From NCBI GenBank assembly GCA_002269645.1, contig NIVC01000674.1, positions 1 to 53,985 on the forward strand: a stretch of 53,985 nucleotides of DNA, read 5' to 3'. The position numbers were made by a program, and so were the translations under genes. Below, in pieces: positions 25,839 through 36,085 of the stretch (the stretch's first letter is position 1; each line of letters opens with the position of its first letter). Origin of the DNA: Macrostomum lignano (Eukaryota). Under the pieces are notes generated by a model, which worked only from the letters and a program-made list of their open reading frames with translations, did no database searches and had not been told where the DNA came from.

Positions 25839-28800
25839 ATGGATGCTGTTGTGTCTGAGGAACTTCGGGGCCTAAAAGAGCGAGCTAAGAGCGCTGCCAT
25901 TGCTGATATTGAACAGCGCTATAGCAAGCCCGACGATCTTGACAAGCTAGAACACGACATCAAGAGAAACATTAAGAAAAAAGAAGACTACGACTCACAA
26001 CTTAAGACTGCTGTGGAAAGTCAATTGGATGGTATTAAAAAGGGTGTGAATCTTTTGAAGAATGCTGAGAGTGAAGTTAAAGTTGTTGACAAACTCCTGA
26101 AAGAATTTGCTGCACAGTTAGAGCAAACACCAACACTGAAAGCAAAAATTGAGTCAGTAAAAGATGAATTCCAACGCCACAAAAGACTTACAACTGCTAC
26201 TAATAATATGTCATATGTGTTTAGTGCACCAAGCAAAATTGAAGAAATCAGAAGCTTGATAGATTCTGGGGAACAAAGGCACCTACTACTTGTGCATAAA
26301 CTGTAAGAAGGCTATTTTTCATTATCATAATTTTATGTCTCTATTTATTTATTATATAAATTTTAATATTAACTAAATTAACTAAATTAAATTTAAATGC
26401 TATTTAATTTTAAATAGAATATGAATCCTTTTATTTAAATAAAAGAATAATGTTGAAATTTTCTAGAATTTATAAGTTATTCAATATTTTGTTAGTTAGC
26501 AACTGGTAGTATAATCAGTGATAATATAAAAGGATTTATTTAGTAAGAGTATATATATATGAAAAATAATTATCAAAAATGAAATAAACAAATCTTAATA
26601 AAGATATTTTTATTAAGAGACAAAATGTTTATTGATAATATAGAGGACCCACTGGGTTGGGCAGAGAGCATTGAAGTTTAGCAGAAGACCAGTGTAGGTA
26701 TGTTTACGATAAACTTTGGTGGACACACAATAGTTTTCAATATTAATCTGAATGTCTAGAAAAGGTATAGATTTCCCACCTCCTTCAGCAGTGAATTTTA
26801 TGTTGGGATGAGTGCTATTCAAAATGTCTAAGAATTGGCTATAGTCAGTCCCTTCGTTGAAAACCAAAAGAGTGTCATCAACATATCTCTTATAGAATTT
26901 AGGGGTCGCATCACTCTTCATCCATTCCTCTTCCCAATGAGCCAGACAAAGATTGGCCAAGGTGGGGGCTAAAGGGCTCCCCATGGCACAGCCGTCAATC
27001 TGCCGGTAAAGCTTATTCTGAAACATGAAGATTCCGTTAGTGGCAAGCTGAGAAGTTTGTGGAAAGTTTCTTTGTCCAAATCTGGTTTTGAATTTTGGAA
27101 CACAGTATCAGTGGCAAGGTTAATAGCAAACTCCAGCAGAATGTTAATAAATAAAGAGACACCTGTAGAGCACTTCATTTTGATTAAATTTGGTAGTTCT
27201 TAAAGATTGGAGCAGCTGTCTATTAGAATTAACTTGACAATCCTGTGGTATATGTGGCTTGATAAGCTTGTCAAGGTATTCAGCGATTTCATATTCAGTG
27301 GTATTGATCATAGAAACAATTGGTCTAAGGGGTTTCTCTGGTTTGTGGACCTTACAAGTTCTATACAACTGGCCAGGTTGACTCCTACAAGGATACAAGG
27401 CTTTATAGGTGCAGCTGTCCACAAACTTTTTGACCTTCTCACAAAGAAAAGTTTGAATTTTACGTTCATTCTTTAAAACTGGATGGCTGGTATAGATTTC
27501 AGAGAACTCTCCAAGACACTGGAATTTAGTTTCATCATCAACAATGTCCTTCAGTTTTGCTTCATAATCTGGCATTAAGAATTCCTGTACCATAGCCTTT
27601 GTCATATCCGACTATCTTAAGGTTCTTATTGGTTTTTAGAGACTTCAAAGGGCCATGAAGCAACCTGTTTTCTTTTTTCTTAATCAGATTTCGTCAGGCT
27701 ATTAAAATTAGTAACGATTTATTTGCTCATTTATATTTAACAACTAAGACTAAAAATATAAATGAACAAATAAATCGTTACTAATTTTAAGAGCCTGACA
27801 ATACCTGACGCGAGGCGAAACATGTCGCATAAAAAATGATAGCGCTCACCTTCTTAATTCTACTTTTTCTCTCAGATATACATTTCTTGCCATATTGTAC
27901 CTCTAATACTACTACAAGCATATAAATTATGGAATTGAGCAGCTAACCAGCACTTTCTCCAACTCGCCAGCCTGCATGAGCTCGAGCGCTCCCGTGATGG
28001 CCTCATGCTGGAGCTTCATGGCCAGTCCTGCGAAGCCGACCGCGACCTTCTCCGCGCCTTCTTCAAGGACGTCCCCAGTTTAGCCAGCGCCCTGTGGGAC
28101 CGCCTGGCCTGCACCTTCAGCCGGGTGCTGGACACTGCAGTGCAGAATCCCCGCCTGCTGGTCACAGCCGTCCGCCTGGTGCACCGGGAGGAGCAGGTGG
28201 ACCAGATGTGGCTTGAGCGTCAGCGGCGCGGCGGTCCTGGCGAGTTTTGCCCGGCCGGGCGGCCTCGGCAGTGGCGCGAACGGATGCTGGAGGTCAGGCA
28301 GGACCTTCGCGTGGCCCGCAAGCTGTGCCCGTCCTGCTTCCCGCCCGAATACAACATATTCGACTTCTACCTGCGGTCCTACCACCGCTGCCTGGAGAGC
28401 CGCCTGGCCAGCCTGGCCAAGCAGGCGGTGGCCAACGAGCTGCAGTTCCGCGACTGCGTGGCTTTGGTGAAGTGGACGGAGAATTTCAAATCATTCTTCG
28501 ACCGCCTCGGCGCGGAGGTGTTCACCCAGCCGCAGTTCAACATGGAGGCCGAGCGGGAGCGGCTTGGCCTGCTGCCGCACTTTCTGCAGACCGATGAGCT
28601 GGACAGGCTGGTCCGGCACAGCGTCGGCCTCATCAGCGAGCAGGTGTGGAAATGGTTCAAGAGCACCGTGGAGAAAGAGAAGCACAGCTGGTACCAGAAT
28701 CCTACTGGGTGAGAGATTCGCGATGTTGTACTTTTATTAATACACTGCGAGCCTGCTGCACTCAGTGAGGGTCAGAGGGGGTAGCGGCACTCAGTGAGGG

Positions 28801-31419
28801 TCAGAGGGGGTAGCGGCACTCAGTGAGGTGCAGAGGGGGGCAGCGGCACTCAGTGAGGGTCAGAGGGGGTAGCGGCACTCAGTGAGGTGCAGAGGGGGGC
28901 AGCGGCACTCAGTGAGTGGCAGAGGGGGGCAGCGGCACTCAGTGAGGGTCAGAGGGGGTAGCGGCACTCAGTGAGGGTCAGAGGGGGTAGCGGCACCCAG
29001 TGAGGGTCAGAGGGGGTAGCGGCACTCAGTGAGGGTCAGAGGGGGTAGCTGCACTCAGTGAGGGTCAGAGGGGGTAGCTGCACTCAGTGAGGGTCAGAGG
29101 GGGTAGCGGCACTCAGTGAGGGTCAGAGGGGGGCAGCGGCACTCAGTGAGGGTCAGAGGGGGGCAGCGGCACTCAGTGAGGGTCAGAGGGGGGCAGCGGC
29201 ACTCAGTGAGGTGCAGAGGGAGGGCAGCGGCACTCAGTGAGGGTCAGAGGGGGTAGCGGCACTCAGTGAGGGTCAGAGGGGGGCAGCGGCACTCAGTGAG
29301 GTGCAGAGGGGGGCAGCGGCACTCAGTGAGGGTCAGAGGGGGGCAGCGGCACTCAGTGAGGTGCAGAGGGGGGCAGCGGCACTCAGTGAGGTGCAGAGGG
29401 GGGCAGCGGCACTCAGTGAGGTGCAGAGCAACAACTGACACAGGCAAACCCGCACCGTACTGCCCCAGCTTCCAGCCGGAGAGGGACCTGCACACGGACA
29501 CAACGTACACCTCGCTAGTGCAGAGTCTGTCGGCCATTCTGTCCGAGATGATGTCGGACGTGAGCAGCAAGCTGCCCAAGCACGCCCACACGCAGCTGAG
29601 CGCCGCCATCATGGACAAGCTGGTCGAGCTGCTCGGGTCCTACTCGAGCGCAGTGAGAGAATTTGTTCGCGACGTGAAGAGCGAGCCGGATCCCAGCAGG
29701 CGGCAGATGCGAATCATCGTTATGGAGGCCATCCTGGTTGCCAGTGTCAACAATCTGCACAAGCTCATCCTGCTGGTGGGAACTTTCTATAAGCCTGAAG
29801 ACGGTCCGAGGTGAGCCGCTTGCTGAGGGTTGGGGCGGATAACTGAAATTAGAGGGCGGAAATTTGAGATCAGAGGGTGGAATCCTGAGATTAGAGGGTG
29901 GCATCCTGAGATTAGAGGGCGGAATCCTGAGATTAGAAGGTGGAATCCTGAGATTAGAGGTTGGCATCCTGAGATTAGAGGGCGGAATCCTGAGATTAGA
30001 GGGCGGAATCCTGAAATTAGTGGGTGGAATCCTGAGATGAGAGGGCAAAATCCTGAGATTAGTGGGTGGAATCCTGAGATTAGAGGTTGGAATCCTGAGA
30101 TTAGAGGGTGGCATCCTGAGATTAGAGGGCGGAATCCTGAGATTAGAGGGTGGAATCCTGAGATGAGAGGGCGGAATCCTGAGATTAGAGGGCGGAACCC
30201 TGAGATTAGAAGGTGGAATCCTGAGATTAGAGGTTGGAATCCTGAGATTAGAGGGTGGCATCCTGAGATTAGAGGGCGGAATCCTGAGATTAGAAGGTGG
30301 AATCCTGAGATTAGAGGTTGGAATCCTGAGATTAGAGGGTGGCATCCTGAGATTAGAGGGCGGAATTCTGAGATTAGAAGGTGGAATCCTGAGATTAGAG
30401 GGTGGCATCCTGAGATTAGAGGGCGGAATTCTGAGATTAGAAGGTGGAATCCTGAGATTAGAGGTTGGAATCCTGAGATTAGAGGGTGGCATCCTGAGAT
30501 TAGAGGGCGGAATTCTGAGATTAGAAGGTGGAATCCTGAGATTAGAGGTTGGAATCCTGAGATTAGAGGGTGGCATCCTGAGATTAGAGGGCGGAATCCT
30601 GAGATTAGAGGGGGGAATCCTGAGATGAGAGGGCGGAATCCTGAGATTAGAGGGTGGAATCCTGAGATTAGAGGGCAAAACCCTGAGATTAGAAGGTGGA
30701 ATCCTGAGATTAGAGGGGGAACTCAAAGCCGAACTCATTCCAACTGCAGCGACGTTGCGAAGGTGCAGAAGGCGAACCTGGAGCAGGCCTGCCAGAAAGC
30801 CAGCTATGAGTGGAACGACTTTCTGGCAACCGAGTTGTTGGAGTTCCTGCAGGACTCCACATTCAAGGAGCTGTTCACCCCGGCCTGGCTGCAGCAGCTG
30901 GAAATTGGCGAGACTGAGGGCCAGCGCATCCTCGGGGCGGTGCAGGACTCGTACGAGAATGTGTACAAGAAGATGTTCCCCCACCTGCGCAGCCGCCTGA
31001 TGAACCAGATATCCAACCGGATCTGCCTGGAGCTGCTCAAAGCTCTGCTGCAGCCGGGCCGGCAGCCGTTCAAGGAGATGCGCGTGGCCGCCGCCAACCG
31101 GCTCCGCTCCGATGCCGAGCTACTGAAGGACGGCTTCGCCCGCTGGAACTGCCGCGCCGATCAATTCGACGCCCTGTCGGCGGCCTCGGAGCTGCTGAAA
31201 CTGTCGGACATGTCTATGGCCGAGCTGGTGGTCAGCGCATTTCTAAGAAACTTCCCCGACCTGCGCCAGGACCAGCTGGAGGCGCTGCTGCTGCTCAGAG
31301 GCGACTGCAAGCGGGACGAAGTGCGCAGCATCCTGGCGTACGCGTTCAGCGAGGAGGAGAAGTCGAGACGGAACCCCACAGCCAGGCGCCTGTTCGCTGA
31401 CTTGGGCCCGGTCAAGTAG
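25839..31419 (+). CDS. EXOC3: Exocyst complex component 3 (Sec6): exons 25839-26302, 27971-28708, 29469-29810, 30750-31419
   Basis: KPDDLDKLE..SQLKTAVESQLDGIKKG, LHELERSRDGLM, LLVTAVRLVHREEQVD, GRPRQWRERM, CFPPEYNIF, LLKLSD, FPDLRQDQLEALLLLRGD match EXOC3 (RPDQLDKVE, AIQSQLDGVRTG, LECSRDGLM, GRPKNWKEKM, CFPPHYEIF, YPDIRDDHIGALLAVRGD). All three introns are GT-AG in phase 2; the 29469 acceptor is the best of two in-phase options. Confidence 0.9.
26640..27830 (-). mobile_element. Truncated, frameshifted Penelope-like retroelement (RT remnant) in EXOC3 intron 1, antisense, with inverted terminal hairpin
   Basis: Three overlapping frames give LYRTCKVHKPEKPLRPIVS, VSLFINI, YRQIDGCAMGSPLAPTLANL, RYVDD, HPNIKFT.E..IPFLDI, KVYRKHTYTGLLLNF, typical of PLE RT. 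The sequence breaks after CPTQW, and no GIY-YIG domain is present. Confidence 0.88.
27793..27828 (+). ncRNA. Degenerate minimal hammerhead ribozyme of PLE type
   Basis: CTGACAA-T-ACCT-GACGCG-AGGC-GAAAC-AT-GTC: CUGANGA core (G8>A here; the inverted arm at 27691-27697 reads CTGACGA on the minus strand), short stem II, GAAAC and palindromic ACAUGU stem III with a GUC cleavage triplet. Confidence 0.55.
28762..29426. repeat. Intronic minisatellite, 29-30 bp unit CACTCAGTGAGGGTCAGAGGGGG(G/T)AGCGG
   Basis: About 22 copies in EXOC3 intron 2. Confidence 0.96.
29835..30718. repeat. Intronic minisatellite, 21 bp unit AATCCTGAGATTAGAGGGTGG
   Basis: About 42 copies in EXOC3 intron 3; the 63-bp length of three units keeps a spurious ORF open. 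Confidence 0.97.
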
Positions 31420-31584
31420 ATGGAATGTTCTTTATAGCTTATGTAGATTAAGGACATCTGCTCAAAGACAGTGAAATGGATATCTGTTGATTTTTTGGAA
31501 GTTTCTGTGCACATGATATTTTTGAATAATCGCCCCAGAGTCTAATAGTTGCCCATTCATTTAGGTTAATCCTTGGAAAATTCC

Positions 31585-31988
31585 AGAAGAATCGCCCCTC
31601 AGTCTAAAAGATCGCCCCTCAGCCTAGAAGAATCACCCCTTATCCTAAAAAAATCGCCCTCGTTCTATAAAAATCGCCTCTCAGCCTAGAAGAATCGCCG
31701 CTCAGTCTAGAAGAATCGCCCCTCAGCCTAGAAGAATCGCCCCTCAGTATAGAAGAATCGCCGCTCAGTCTAGAAGAATCGCCCCTTAGTCAAGTATAAT
31801 CGCCCCTCAGTCTAGAAGAATCGCCGCTCAGTCTAGAAGAATCGCCCCTCAGTCAAGTATAATCGCCCCTCAGTCTAGAAGAATCGCCCCTCAGTCTAGA
31901 AGAATCGCCCCTCAGTCTAGAAGAATCGCCCCTCAGTCTAGAAGAATCGCCCCGCAGCCTAGAAGAATCGCCCCTCAGTCTAGAAGAA
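31585..31988. repeat. Minisatellite, 21 bp unit CTAGAAGAATCGCCCCTCAGT
   Basis: About 19 copies downstream of the EXOC3 stop. Confidence 0.93.
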
Positions 31989-32557
31989 ACGCCAGTTAGC
32001 AACAAGCACAGCAGCCAATTTGAATTTTGCTCAGATTTGAGTTTCAATTAATGCAATACAAATTCTTTGTTTCTCCTAAACATTGCTGAAAGCTAATTTG
32101 CATTCTAGGCCCTGCTGTTTAAAATTACAGTTTCTGAGACCTTTTTAAATTGCTTTGTGACGTTTGTGTTAATCAGTTTGCCACGCAATTGTTGAACAAT
32201 CGCCAGTCTATTCAAGTGACAAATTCTCTTATCTCGCATAAATAAATCCGTATTTCTATCATCATTTGATTATATACTTACCTGTGCAGTGCTATTGAAA
32301 GATTCATATACTAAAAATAATAAACTATTAGCTTTTTAACTATATATTATACACTTTATGCACGTAAACAGCGTAAACGTAGTCTGTGCCGACTTTTCTG
32401 GCTTACTTGCACTGGGTTTGGGCCATAGACAAAACAAAATAGACTCGAGGCTTCGGCTCCTCGTACAGCCGCCTTTAGTAGAGTGTAAAAATTTATTAGC
32501 CGAACTACTGGATCTTAGGCTAACCATTTCATGCGCGGTATTAACCAGAGCGCCATC

Positions 32558-35455
32558 ATGGCTTCTAACGAGGACCGCCAGTCTCGAGACAGCGGTAGCG
32601 GCGCCAGATCTGAGGCCCAGACTGATGCAACTGAGTCTGCCACGCTGATTGGCAGTGAGCCAACTGTTGTTCAATCGAATGATGTTGAAATTTCAACACC
32701 AACTAGTGCTACTCCAAAAAGGTGAGAGTTCGGAGTAACACTGTGTACTTTCAGAGCTGCTTAGTTGCATGGGTGAGGGCTAAACATTTCGTTGCTTTTT
32801 CAATCAAATACAGGCGCGCTGGCTCAAAAATGTACCGAGGCCACAGCTGGCGAAAGTGCTGGTCGGCTGTGCACCGTGTGAGCTTTGCAAACTGGACACT
32901 CTTGTGTGCTCTATCCGATTCCACTAAACCCGCATACTAGCTTTACCTACCTAGCAAACACCCACCTCACTCCGCAAGCACCCATCTCACTCCGTAAACA
33001 CACACCTCACTCCGCAAACACCTACCTCACTCCGCAAACACCTACCTCACTCCGCAAGCACCCATCTCACTCCGTAAACACCTACCTCACTCCGCAAACA
33101 CCCAACTCACTCCGCAAAAACTTACCTCACTCTACAAGCACCCATCTCACTCCGTAAACACCTACCTCACTCCGCAAGCACCCATCTCACTCCGTAAACA
33201 CCCACCTCACTCCGCAAACACGTACCCATCTCACTCCGCAAACACCCACCTCACTCCGCAAACACTCCTCACTTCACAAACACCCACCTCACACCTTTAA
33301 CACCCACCTCACTCCACAAACACGTACCTAGCACTCCACAAACACCCACCTCACTCCGCAAACACCCACCTCACTCCGCAAACGCCCATCTCACTCCGTA
33401 CACATCTCACCTCACTCTACCCGCAAAAAGTCACACCACCATTCGATCCTAGGCCCAACGCAGGCGCGTCGGGCTCTCGAACAAATCCACAACCACGGCT
33501 TCCGCCTCCCTGAGCAACAGCCAGCCGCCGTTGGCTTCCACCGACTCGTCACAGACGGCAGCCACTTTCGCCGGCTTGCCCAGCTACTTGGCCCGAGTGG
33601 ACACCAACGGTGAGACCGCAGTTAACTAAATAATATTTTCCGATGAAAGCTCCGCAGTGTATCTACCCTAATGAGTGGATTTAAAAAATACATATGGCAA
33701 ACGCAGTGTCCGCGGATGACCTGGCCGGGCAGGCTGAGTCCTCGCCCACCGTCCAGAGCGACGCGGCCACGGCGGAGGCGGCCCCGTCGGAGCCGTCATC
33801 GGCTGAGGTGGTCAGCACTAATCAGGTGGCGGAGCAGCCCGGAGAGGACGCCGCGGCCGCCAGCCAAGGTGTGGAGACGCCGGTGAGAGAGCTCGCACAA
33901 CAAGTATCTTATCTGTTTGGTTGTGAGCCTTAGTGGTTAGAGCGTCGGAATCGCGACTGAAAGGTTGGGGGTTCGATTCTCAACCCACTCGAAACAATTC
34001 TCTGCATTGCTTCAGTTCACCCAGCTGTAAAATGGATGCCAGCATTAGCTGGGCTAATTGAGGGTGTGTGTAGCGACCTCTCGATCAGTCCTTGGATTGA
34101 ACAGCCGTACGCAGCCTTCAGATGCGCTGCGCAATAGCTGCGGCTGAGCTGTCGGTTGCACATCTGCCCTTTGGGGCAGGTGTAATCAGTTATTAATTAT
34201 TATTTTTGGTTGAGAGCAGTGGGTTGGAAGAGCGTAGTACAATTATCTATACTTTTAAGTTTCAGCAGCTTAGGAGCTGGGATAAAGCCGTTAAAATATC
34301 ACGTCAGTTAGAGCAGCGTTTGTGCTTCAAAAAGCGTCTCAAAAGATTCTCGATTTTGATAAAGATTTACGTAAAAAACTTACGTTGAAGTAGCCAGAGC
34401 ATTACTGTTACAGCAGGAAGTACTATCACGTCATGGCGCTGTAAAATTTATTGTTTTAACTCAGTGAAGCAGCCCTGAAATCATGCCGCACACTGCAGTT
34501 CGCCAATCTTGAAATCGGCCATCCGGTGCACCAGGACCTGGCCGGCGACAGCGCCGAAACAACCAAATCGATGCTGGCCAACGTGATCGAAAAGGCCATC
34601 CTGGACTTCTGCTCGTCGCGCACCGTGGAAACAATGCGCCGAATGTTTGCCGGCGTCACCAGCGAGCTGGAGGCGACGCAAGGCGACGCGGGCCGGTCCG
34701 GAGACAAGTCCACGCTCACGCCGCACCCGGTCACGGGCGAACTCGTGAAAGAGGGCATCGTCATAGGCAGCATGGACGTGTTCGCGCCCCGGGTGCACAA
34801 GGAGTACCGCCTGGAGATGAAGGACAGCCTGGTCGAAGGCTTCCTCAAAGACGTCGGCGTCTTCCGCGCCATTTGCTACCGGACCAAGTGCCAGCTGGAG
34901 GTGACTCGGCGGCTGCTCAATAAGAAGCTGTGCACAGGCGGTCGCTGGGTGAAGTACCTCATCGTGCGCATTGTGGGTCCCAGCCTCCGCGCCATCAACA
35001 GCTGCGACTGTCTGCTACAGAAGGCGGTACCAGCCTTCAAGAGCCGCATTGAGTACCGGAAGCCCGCCTTCTGCCGCATGTTCTTCCGCGAGGACATTCC
35101 TGACAACGCCAACCTGTATTACAATATGCAGCGGACCGGGGGCTCCTCCAACCGATACGGGTCTCTGAAACTCGAGACGCCCTACAGAATCACCTCGGAC
35201 AGAACCATCGGCAGCTGCCCGTGGAAGAGCGGCGCGCTGAAGATCGGCAAGCTGTCGTTCAGAGGCTCCGGTGGGCACCTGTGCATGCGGCAGGTGTATC
35301 CGGGATACGGCTACATCGACTCCACGCCAGTCACCAGCGCCTGCAAAGGCGTTGAGGCGCTGGAAAGAATCGAAAAAATGCACGCCGAATTTCTGACCAG
35401 CCGGCAGCAGCTGCTGCTTGACCGCCGGACAATGACCCTCCCGATCTGCCGGTGA
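32558..35455 (+). CDS. Uncharacterised ~480 aa protein: disordered Ser/Thr/Ala-rich N-terminus plus a globular C-terminal region with a degenerate KH-like segment; exons 32558-32721, 33464-33609, 33707-33882, 34499-35455
   Basis: GT-AG introns with phases 2, 1, 0 give one open frame (1443 nt); last exon is GC3-rich. YRLEMKDSLVEGFLKDVGVFRAICYRTKCQLEV...VRIVGPSLRAINSCDCLL follows KH beta-alpha-alpha-beta-beta-alpha spacing but lacks GxxG (inference). Confidence 0.7.
32945..33420. repeat. Intronic minisatellite, 20 bp unit CACCTCACTCCGCAAACACC
   Basis: About 23 copies in intron 32722-33463. Confidence 0.93.
33929..34204 (+). mobile_element. tRNA-derived SINE (slightly 5'-truncated) in an intron
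   Basis: A box TAGTGGTTAGAGC, B box GGTTCGATTC, central GTTCACCCAGCTGTAAAATGG, 3' hairpin CTGCCC-TTTG-GGGCAG, (ATT)n tail; 13-bp TSD TTTGGTTG(T/A)GAGC at 33916-33928 and 34205-34217 with one mismatch. Confidence 0.82.
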
Positions 35456-36085
35456 CGTCACTGGCGCTGACACAGAGAACTACTGACTGATGAAGTTCAT
35501 TTTTCCTTTGTCTTCCCGCTGCGTCTCACTGAGCAAGTTTGCAAATCTCTCAAGTCTGTTTTGGGCTGTTTAAAAATACAGACCTCCCGTCTCACGAATT
35601 AGATTTCTTTTTCTGCACCGTCGCTTTTTATTCGAGCTATATAAAGGAAAAATGCTTTAAACTCGGTGCTTTTGAATTTTCAGTTCGTTTTGTCTTGTTT
35701 TTTAGAGCAGGCAACGCTTCTCAGCCCGAAAATACGAGGTACGCAATTTACCCGTAACAACCAAAGCAGAAGATTACATGCACCAGCTGCCTAACTGTGA
35801 TTTAACAAAGGATTCATCCATTCCGGTTAAGCATTTTGACGACTAGCTAATTGTAGTACTGCCTGATATCGCATGCAGATGGCCCTGATGTACAGTGCAA
35901 CCTTAACGAGGCATGCAGCGCGTGCAGCGTGATTCTATTGAATGCATCTTTAAAAGTTAAAACATGCAGGGGCTCGAGTTCTGAATAAGTGAAGTTGCAT
36001 AAGCAGTCTATGAATTTCAATTCCATGAATGTAATCACAACTGCAGTCCGCGGTCAGCAACAGGCAGTGCGGAGTCTTCGCCGAG

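Noticed and set aside
29830-30749. PEIRGWN repeat as the N-terminus of the 529-aa ORF 29830-31419
   Set aside because: It lies between a phase-2 donor (29811) and a phase-2 acceptor (30749); only 30750-31419 is EXOC3 coding.
31419-32558. Polycistronic (trans-spliced operon) arrangement EXOC3 to KH-like gene, or ATR to lipin
   Set aside because: Co-orientation and 1.1-1.8 kb spacing alone are insufficient; spliced-leader use cannot be read from genomic sequence.
33919-33990. Functional tRNA gene
   Set aside because: The cloverleaf is incomplete, and the sequence continues into a SINE body, tail and TSD.
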